A stretch of DNA of 64,000 bases from an uncultured Candidatus Rokubacteria bacterium. GTDB lineage: Bacteria > Methylomirabilota > Methylomirabilia > Rokubacteriales > CSP1-6. The notes under the pieces are model-generated. The model worked only from the letters and a program-made list of their open reading frames with translations. It searched no databases and was not told the origin of the DNA. Where the stretch lies: contig CAVVEU010000008.1 in assembly GCA_963747235.1 (NCBI GenBank), forward strand, positions 672,001 to 736,000, read 5' to 3'. This document shows positions 55,810 through 64,000 of this stretch, piece after piece (position 1 is the stretch's first letter; every line of letters starts with the position of its first letter). The translations under genes and the position numbers were made by a program.

Positions 55810-57914
55810 CGCCCCGCTCCACTTCCTCTTCGGCATCCACAATCACCAGCCCGTCGGCAACTTCGACGGGGTCGTCGACGACGCGATCCTCCGCGCCTAT
55901 CACCCGTTCCTGCAGACCATCGCGGAGACCGGCGCCGGCCTGTCCCTGACCGTCCACTGCTCCGGGGGCCTGCTCGCCATCCTCAAGGAGCGCGCGCGGC
56001 CCACCTTCGACCTGCTGGGGCGGCTCGCCGCCGACGGGCAGGTGGAGCTGCTGACCGGCGGCTTCTACGAGCCGATCCTCGCCCTGCTGCCGGACTGGGA
56101 CAAGGTCGGGCAGATCCAGGCGCTCACCCAGTTCATCAAGTCGAGCTTCGGGGTGACCGCGCGAGGCATGTGGCTGGCCGAGCGGATCTGGGAGCCCCAG
56201 CTCCCGCGCATCCTGCGCGAGGCGGGGGTGGAGTTCGTCCTGGTGGATGACTCGCACTTCGCCCTGGCCGGCCTCGACCCGGAGACGCTGGGCGGCTACT
56301 ACCTCACCGAGGAGCAGGGGGCCTCGGTCGCGGTGTTCCCGATCAACCAGCGGCTGCGCTATCTCGTGCCCTTCGCGGACCCGGCGGAGAGCGTCCAGTA
56401 CCTGCAGACCCGCCGCGGGGCCGGCGCGGTGACGATGGTGGACGACGGCGAGAAGTTCGGGGTCTGGCCGGGCACCGACCGCCTGGTGTACGGGGAGCGC
56501 TGGCTCGCGCGCTTCCTGGACGCGCTGCGCGCGACCCCGTGGCTGCGCGTCTCCACGTTCTCCCGCTTCCTCGACACCGAGCCCCCGGCCGGGCGCGTCT
56601 ACCTGCCGACCGCCGCCTACACCGAGATGGGCGAGTGGGCCCTGCCGCCCGCCGCCGCCGCGGAGCTGCACGACGCGCGCGCCCGCCTGGCCGCGCTGCC
56701 CGACGGCGAGCGCCTGTCGCGGCTCCTGCGCGGCGGCTTCTTCCGGAACTTCCTGATCAAGTACCCGGAGATCGGGGACGCGTACTGGAAGATGATCCGC
56801 CTCTCGCGCCGCGTGCACGAGGGCCTCACCGCGCGCCCGCGCGACCCGCGGCTGCTCGCGGCGCGCGAGCGGCTCTGGCAGGGCCAGGCCAACGACGCCT
56901 ACTGGCACGGCGTGTTCGGCGGCTGCTATCTCCCGCACCTCCGCCGCGCGGTGAAGTCGGCCCTGATCGGCTGCGAGCGCCGGCTGGAGGGCCCGGGCAA
57001 GCCGCTGGGGCTCGACTGCGTGCGCGCCGACATCGACGGCGACGGGATGGACGAGGTGGTCGTGCGCACGCGCTCGCTCGGGCTGACCCTGCGCCCGGCC
57101 CGCGGCGGCTCGCTCACCGAGCTGCTCTGGCTCGGCGGGGAGATGGACGCCGCGGACGTGCTCACCCGGCGCCCGGAGCCCTATCACCGGCAGGTCGCGG
57201 AGCGGCCGTCGGAGGCCGGGGCGGACGAGGTGAAGACGATCCACTCGGCTCCCGCGGTCAAGGAGGCGGGGCTGACCGCGCTGCTCCGCTACGATCGCTT
57301 CCGCCGCGCCTCCCTGCTCGACGGGCTGTTCCCCCCGGAGGGCGAGCTCGATCCCGCTCGATCCGTGGGACGCGGCGCGGCTGGTGGTCGGCGAGCGGCC
57401 CCTCGATCACGAGGTGAAGACCTCGCCGCGCGAGGTGGCGCTGCTGTGCTCGCTCCAGCGTCCCGACGGCCTGCCGCTGGCGATGCAGAAGTCCATCGTG
57501 GCCATGGCCGACGACGCCGCGGTGACCGTGACCTATCGCCTCCGCTGGGAAGGGGAGGAGGCGCTCGTGGCGCGGTGGGCGGTGCAGTGGAATCTCACGC
57601 TCAGCGCGGGCGACGCGCCCGGCCGCTACTACCGGGTGGCGGGCCGCCCGTCGCTCGGCAGCCGCGGGCGCATTCCCGCCGTGCACGGCCTCGCCATGGT
57701 GGACGAGTGGCTCGGGTGCGAGCTCGCGCTCCGGTGGGCGAACCCCGCCGACATCGCGTGGGCCCCGGTGGAAACGGTGTCGCTGTCCGAGACCGGCTTC
57801 GAGCGCATCTACCAGGGCTCCGCGCTGCTCTTCGCGTGGCCGTTGAGGCTTCTGCCCGGGCAGACGTGGGAGACGTCGCTGCGCGTCGCGATCGGCGAAA
57901 TCGTTACCCCTTGA
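55802..57914 (+). CDS. GH57 alpha-amylase/4-alpha-glucanotransferase (frameshift near 57355)
   Basis: HNHQPVGN, WLAERIWEP, DDGEKFG, QANDAYWHGVFGG; C-terminal ETVSLSE.GFE.IYQG. Confidence 0.9.
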
Positions 57915-57988
57915 GAGGCGACCGCCGGGCGTGATAGTGTCACGTACCCGTGGTCGATCGAGTCGAGAGCAGAGGGAGGGCAGGGCGG

Positions 57989-59140
57989 ATGGCGCGTGAG
58001 GAGTACCTGTTCACGTCGGAGTCGGTGACCGAAGGGCACCCGGACAAGATCGCCGATCAGGTGTCGGACGCGGTCCTGGACGCGATCCTGACCCAGGATC
58101 CGACGGGCCGGGTGGCCTGCGAGACCCTCCTCACCACCGGCCTGGTGGTGGTGGCGGGCGAGATCACCACCTCGTGCTACGTGGACATCCCGCGGGTGGC
58201 CCGCGAGACCATCCGGGAAGTCGGCTACACGCGCGCCAAGTACGGCTTCGACTACGAGACGTGCGGGGTCATCACCGCGATCGACGAGCAGTCGGGCGAC
58301 ATCGCGATGGGCGTGGACAAGCTCGGCGCCGGCGACCAGGGACTCATGTTCGGCTACGCGTGCACCGAGACCGAGGAGCTGATGCCGCTGCCCATCATGC
58401 TGGCCCACAAGCTCTGCCAGCGGCTCACCCACGTCCGCAAGAGCGGCCAGATCGGCTACCTCCGGCCGGACGGCAAGAGCCAGGTCTCGGTCCGCTACGT
58501 CGACGGCAAGCCGGTGGGGGTGGAGACGGTGGTCATCTCCACGCAGCACGGCCCCGACGCCGGGCTGTCGAAGATCCGCGAGGAGATGATCGAGCAGGTC
58601 GTGCTGCCGACCATCCCCAAGCACCTGATCGACCCGCAGCGGATCACGTACCACATCAATCCCACCGGCCGCTTCGTCACCGGCGGGCCCATGGGCGACA
58701 CCGGGCTGACCGGCCGCAAGATCATCGTGGACACCTACGGCGGCTCCTGCCCCCACGGCGGCGGCGCCTTCTCGGGCAAGGACCCGACGAAGGTGGACCG
58801 GTCGGCCTGCTACATGGCGCGGCACGTGGCCAAGAACATCGTGGCCGCGGGGCTGGCGGAGCGCGCGCAGGTGCAGGTGGCCTACGCCATCGGGGTCGCC
58901 GATCCGGTCTCGATCATGGTGGAGACCTTCGGAACCGGGAAGGTGCCCAACTCGAAGCTCGAGCAGATGATCCGGAAGCACTTCGACTTCACCCCCTCCG
59001 GGATCATCAAGTACCTGGACCTGCGCCGCCCGTTCTACCGCAAGACGGCCGCCTACGGGCACTTCGGGCGCAACGAGCCCGAGTTCACGTGGGAGCGGAC
59101 GAACCGCGCCAAGGATCTTCGCGACGACGCCGGCGTGTGA
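57989..59140 (+). CDS. metK: S-adenosylmethionine synthetase
   Basis: [36 protein letters not shown]. Confidence 0.98.
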   Translation: MAREEYLFTSESVTEGHPDKIADQVSDAVLDAILTQDPTGRVACETLLTTGLVVVAGEITTSCYVDIPRVARETIREVGYTRAKYGFDYETCGVITAIDEQSGDIAMGVDKLGAGDQGLMFGYACTETEELMPLPIMLAHKLCQRLTHVRKSGQIGYLRPDGKSQVSVRYVDGKPVGVETVVISTQHGPDAGLSKIREEMIEQVVLPTIPKHLIDPQRITYHINPTGRFVTGGPMGDTGLTGRKIIVDTYGGSCPHGGGAFSGKDPTKVDRSACYMARHVAKNIVAAGLAERAQVQVAYAIGVADPVSIMVETFGTGKVPNSKLEQMIRKHFDFTPSGIIKYLDLRRPFYRKTAAYGHFGRNEPEFTWERTNRAKDLRDDAGV

Positions 59141-59237
59141 CGCCGGACACGTCGGGAACGCGCGCCTGAGCCGAGCTTCCACCATGTGCGTACCGCTGCG
59201 CCAGCTCAACGCCGAGCAGGGGCCCTAGGGGACTCCC

Positions 59238-61995
59238 TTGGCGCAGACGCCCCCGGGCGCTCGCGTCACGCCCCTGCGGCGCCCCCGGCTGGGGCTCTGG
59301 CTGCTGCTGGGCTTCATCCTGCTCAGCCTCGTCGGCCAGGCCGTTCCGCTGTACACCGACTGGCTGTGGTTCCAGGAGGTGGGCTTCACCACCGTCTTCA
59401 CCACGCGCCTGCAGCTCTCCGGCTGGCTCTTCATCGGGCTCGCCGCCGTCGTCTTCGTCTTCCTCTTCGTCAACCTGTCGGTGGCCGCGCGCACCGCCCC
59501 GCCGGACGTGCTCTGGGAGCTCGAGGACCAGCTCGGGCTGCCCGGACGCGCGATCCTGGAGCCGCTCGTCCGGCGACTGCTCCTGCCGGTCATCGCGGTC
59601 ATCGCGTTCTTCGCGGGGGCCCGCGCCACCGGCGGCGTGGCCCACCGTGCTGGAGTACGTCAACCGGACTCCGTTCAACCAGGCGGATCCGCTCTTCGGC
59701 CGCGACCTCGGGTTCTACTTCTTCGTGCTGCCGTTCTGGCGGCTCCTCTACACGTGGTCCACCGCGCTGGTGGCCGGGACGCTGGTCCTGGTGGCCGCGG
59801 TCTACGTGCTGCAGCGCAGCCTCGTGCTCACCGCGCGGGGGCCGCGTCTCGCCGCGGGGGCCCGGACCCACCTGCTGGGCCTGGCCGCGCTGCTGCTGCT
59901 GCTGCGCGGCGTCGGCTTCTGGCTCGACCGCTTCGATCTGCTCTTCTCGCCCCGTGGCCTGGTGTTCGGCGCTTCCTACACCGACGTGCACGCCTCCCTG
60001 CCGGTGCTCCAGTGGCTGGTCGCGCTGGCGGTGCTCTGCGCGGCGGCCTGCGTGTTCCAGATGTTCCGGCCCGGCTGGCGCTTCCTGGTGGCGGGGCTGG
60101 TGGTCCTGGTCGTGCTCTGGGTCGCGGGCCTCGGCATCGCCCCCGCGCTGCTCCAGAGCTACCGGGTCAAGCCCAACGAGCTGGTCTACGAGCGGCCCTA
60201 CATCGAGAACAATATCCGGATGACCCGGCAGGCCTATGCCCTCGACAAGGTCGCGGAGAAGGACTTCGCGGCCGAGGACAATCTGACGCCGGCCGCGCTC
60301 GAGCGGAACAACCTCACGATCAAGAACATCCGGCTCTGGGACCACCGGCCGCTGCTCACCACCTACGGCAAGCTGCAGGAGATCCGGACCTACTACAAGT
60401 TCCGGGACGTGGACGTGGGGCGCTACACGCTGAACGGCGAGTACCGCCAGGTGACCCTGTCCGCGCGCGAGCTGTCCTACCGCGACCTGCCGAGCCGGGG
60501 CTGGATCAACGAGCACCTGACCTACACCCACGGGTTCGGGCTCGTGGCGGGGCCGGTCAACCGGATCAGCCCGGAGGGATTGCCCGAGTTCTTCATCAAG
60601 GACATTCCGCCCGCGGTGCTGGGCGGCATGCCCAAGATCACCCGGCCGGAGATCTACTACGGCGAGATCGGCAACGAGTACGTCCTCGTGCGCACGCGCT
60701 CGCAGGAGCTGGACTATCCCTCGGGTGACCAGAACGTCTACACCCGCTACGAGGGGCGGGGCGGCATCCCGATCAACTCGCTCGCTCGCAAGGCGGCCTT
60801 CGCGGCGCGCTTCGGCGCGCTGAACCTGCTGTTGTCGAACGATCTCACGCCCGAGAGCCGCGTGATGATCTACCGCGACATCGGGGCGCGCGTGCAGGAG
60901 GCGGCGCCCTTCCTCAAGTTCGACCGTGATCCGTACCTGGTCATCGCGGGCGACGGTCACCTCGTGTGGATGATCGACGGCTACACCACCAGCGATCGCT
61001 ACCCCTACGCGACGCCGGTGCGGGGCTACAACTACATCCGCAACTCGGTCAAGGCGACGGTGGACACCTTCCACGGCACCGTGACCTACTACATCGCCGA
61101 CCCCGAGGACCCGATCATCCGCACCTACGCGAAGGCGTTCCCGGGCCTGCTCAAGCCCCTGGCCGACATGCCCAAGGACCTGCAGGCGCACATCCGCTAC
61201 CCGGAGGATCTCTTCGCGGTGCAGGCGCGGATGTTCGCGACCTATCACATGCAGGATCCCCAGGTCTTCTACAACAAGGAGGACCTCTGGGTCATCCCGC
61301 GGCTGCCGCAGGAGGGGCGCGACCGCGAGATGGAGCCGTACTTCATGATCATGCGGCTGCCCGGCGAGACCAAGGAGGAGTTCGTCCTGCTCTCGGGCTT
61401 CAACCCGAGCGGCCGCGACAACATGATCGCGCTGATGGTGGCCCGCATGGATCCGCCCCGGTACGGCGGTCTGATCGCCTACCAGTTCCCGAAGCAGAAG
61501 CTCGTCTTCGGGCCCCGGAACATCCAGGCGCGGATCAACCAGGACCCGGTCATCTCCCAGCAGATCGCGCTCTGGAACCAGCAGGGCTCGCGGGTGATCA
61601 CGGGCAGCTTGCTCGCCATCCCGATCGACCAGTCGCTGATCTACGTGCAGCCGCTGTACCTGGCCGCCGCCGAGCAGGGGGCGCTGCCGGAATTGCGCCG
61701 CGTGGTCGTCGCCTACGGCAACCAGATCGCGATGGAGCCGACGCTCGAGGCGTCGCTCGCGCGGGTCTTCGGCGCCCGCGTGCGCGGGGACGAGCCGGCC
61801 ACCCGCCCGGCCACCGAGCGTCCCGCTTCCGCGCCCGGCTCCGCGCCGACCGCGGCCATCAGCGCGGGCGTGCAGCGCGCCTGGGAGGCCTGGCAGCGTG
61901 GGCAGGAAGCGCTGCGCAAGGGCGACTGGGCCACCTACGGCCAGGAGCAGAAGCGCATCGAGGAAGCCCTCCGCTCCCTCCGCGAAACGCGCTAA
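59238..61995 (+). CDS. UPF0182 family membrane protein (frameshift near 59632)
   Basis: YTDWLWF, DPLFGRD.GFY, NIRLWD, YTHGFG, IYYGE, NYIRNSVK, FYNKED. Confidence 0.92.
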
Positions 61996-62079
61996 GTCGT
62001 CGGCCTCGCGGCGCGAGGCCTGGGGTAGCCTCGCCTGAGGCGATCACGGGAAATGTCGGAATGTAAGACCTGACCCCTC
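61996..62079. repeat. Hairpin cluster between convergent genes
   Basis: GGCCTCGC-ggc-GCGAGGCC, CGCCT-g-AGGCG and an AT-richer tail AAATGTCGGAATGTAAGACCTGACCCC. Confidence 0.45.
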
Positions 62080-64000
62080 CTACGTGCGGGCGCTGAGGAA
62101 GAGGGCGGTGCCGATGCCCGCGAAGATGATGTTGGCGGTCCAGGCGGCGAGGGCGGCGGGCAGCAGGTCGGCCTGCCCGAAGGCGATCGCCACCGAGTGC
62201 ACGATCCAGTAGCCCACCGCGATCACGATGGCCACCCCGATGCCCATGGCGCGCCCGCCGCTGCGCGGGGAGACCAGGGCGAACGGAATCGCCACCAGCG
62301 CCATGATCACGTGCACGAGCGGGAAGGAGAGCTTGGAGTAGAGCTGGACCAGGTAGCGGTTGACCCGGTGGCCGCCCTCCCGCAGCTTCGATCACGTAGG
62401 CGCGCAGCTCCAGGAAGCTCATGGTGTCGGGGGCGTTCTGCTTCTGCACGATGAAGTCTTCGAGATTCTCCGGCATGGGCAAGAGACGCGTGGCGAACGG
62501 CTCCGAGGTGATCCGGTTCTGCGACGCCACCCGGCGCAGCACGCCGTCGGCGAGCTGCCAGCCCTCGGGCGTCCACTGCGCGGTGCGGGCGTCCACCCGC
62601 TCCACGAGGCGGAAGTCGGGGCTGATCTCGAGCACGGTGAGCCCTTCCATGGACTTGTTGACCGGGTCGAGGAGGGCCATGCGGAAGAAGCGCGTGTCGG
62701 AGGAGCGGTACCAGATCTGCGTCTGGCGCTGCAGATGCCGCGGAAGCTGGCCGCGGATCTTCACGCGGTCCACCTCCTCGGCCTTGGCGTTGATGTCGGG
62801 CAGGGCCACCTCCTGGAAGACGACCGCGAGGACGCTGATGGTGCCCGCCACCAGGAGGATGGGCAGGCTCGCGCGGTAGAGGCTGACCCCGGCCGCCTTG
62901 AGCGCGTCGAGCTCTCGCTGGCGGGTGAGGGAGAGGAACAGGAACACGGTGGCGACCAGCACGATCATCGGCAGCCCCTTGTAGAGCTCGCCGGGCATCC
63001 GGTACAGGAAGTGCTCGAGGATCGTGAAGAAGGGCGGCTTGGAGCGCAGGAAGCGGTCGAGGGTGTTCAGCAGGTCCACGACCGCGATGAGGACCGCGCC
63101 GACGCCGGTGCCGATACCGAGGAAGATCAGGTACTGCCGGATCAGGTAGCGATCCATGATGAAGGTGGACGCGCGCGGCCCCGCGAGCCGGCCGAGCCGG
63201 CGCCGCCGGCGCTCCTCGAGCGGCTTGGCCGCGCGACCGGATTGCCGCTCGCCGATCTTCGCCCACAGCCGCCAGAAGAGATCGATCCAGGCGGGGGGCA
63301 CGCCCGCGACGCTCCCGCGCAGGAGGGTCACGCCGATCACCGCGAGGATGGCGTTGGGGATCCACACCGCGATGGCCGCGGGCATGCGACCGCGCAGGGC
63401 CATGCCCTCCATCGTCGAGTAGAGGATGTAGTAGGCCACCACGATGCCGAAGCTCAGCGCGAGGGCGACCGCGCGACCGCCCCGCTGCGCGCGGATGCCC
63501 AGCGGGAAGCCCATGATCGTGAAGACGAGCGCGGCCACCGGCAGCGCGAAGCGCTTGTGCAGCTCGACGTAGTAGGGCGCGGAGATCTGGCCCGCGCGCC
63601 GCATGTTCTCCGCCTCCGACAGGAGCTCGCGCAGGGGCAGCTGCTTCTCGGGCTTCTCCTCGCGCGCGACCGCGGCGAGGGGCGAATCCACCGGGAGGGT
63701 CATGTCGTAGAGGCTGAAGTAGGTCTGGCGGAAGCGCCGGCGGTCGGTCACGTCGGACTCGCTGATCGAGCCGTCCAGGAAGCGCAGGGTGATGCGGCGG
63801 GTCGCCTCGTCGCTCAGGAGGCGGCCCTCGCGGGCCACGATGATGCGGGACTGCTCGGCGTTGCGCTCGTCGGAGACGAGCAGGCCCTTGAGGCGCACCT
63901 GGGACGCGCTCACCTCGTCCACGTAGATCACGAACTGGCTGAAGCTCGCGCTGAAGGTGCGCTCCTTGATCCCGGTGGTGGCGCGCGACTGGAAGATCCG
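62080..64000 (-). CDS. Fused LptF-LptG LPS export permease (5' end beyond window; frameshift near 62390)
   Basis: LptF-like C-terminal half (ELHKRFALPVA...FPLG), linker, then LptG-like IMDRYL...ELDALKAAGVS...KLSFP...AAW.AN, with no stop between the two parts. Confidence 0.85.

Noticed and set aside
57915-57988. SAM riboswitch upstream of metK (and SAH riboswitch at 59141-59237)
   Set aside because: The regions are short and lack recognisable conserved cores; the first holds only a promoter-like TTGAGA-18-TAGTGT and a purine-rich RBS.

Overview
Very GC-rich diderm bacterial chromosome segment. Gene content, gene order and intergenic palindromes are consistent with Candidatus Rokubacteria/Methylomirabilota (inference only). 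It is mostly core genome: DNA repair (nfo, nth, HNH-uvrB-uvrC), a combined RND + MacAB + TolC efflux cluster, a class II (B12-dependent) ribonucleotide reductase carrying a LAGLIDADG intein that ends in Gln, leuS-lptE-holA, rpsT, murJ, xerD, a CBS-tRNA nucleotidyltransferase, pyrG-kdsA-kdsD-kdsC-lptC-lptA-lptB-rpoN-hpf-rapZ, a GH57 enzyme, metK, UPF0182 and a fused lptF-lptG. About 25 apparent frameshifts, mostly single extra G/C bases and several in essential genes, are most likely sequencing/consensus errors, so many CDS calls are reconstructed across two ORFs. No rRNA, tRNA, CRISPR-cas, phage or transposase was recognised. The most notable signals are: (i) a ~45-bp palindromic repeat family (5 copies, 3 loci) that appears to be translated, once in frame inside the tRNA nucleotidyltransferase and once as a small ORF coupled between lptA and lptB; (ii) the Gln-terminated RNR intein; (iii) a sigma54 box lying on a sigma70-like promoter upstream of the lptC...rpoN genes, suggesting RpoN autorepression; (iv) a hybrid sensor lacking the canonical H-box His; (v) repeated leaderless-type promoters.
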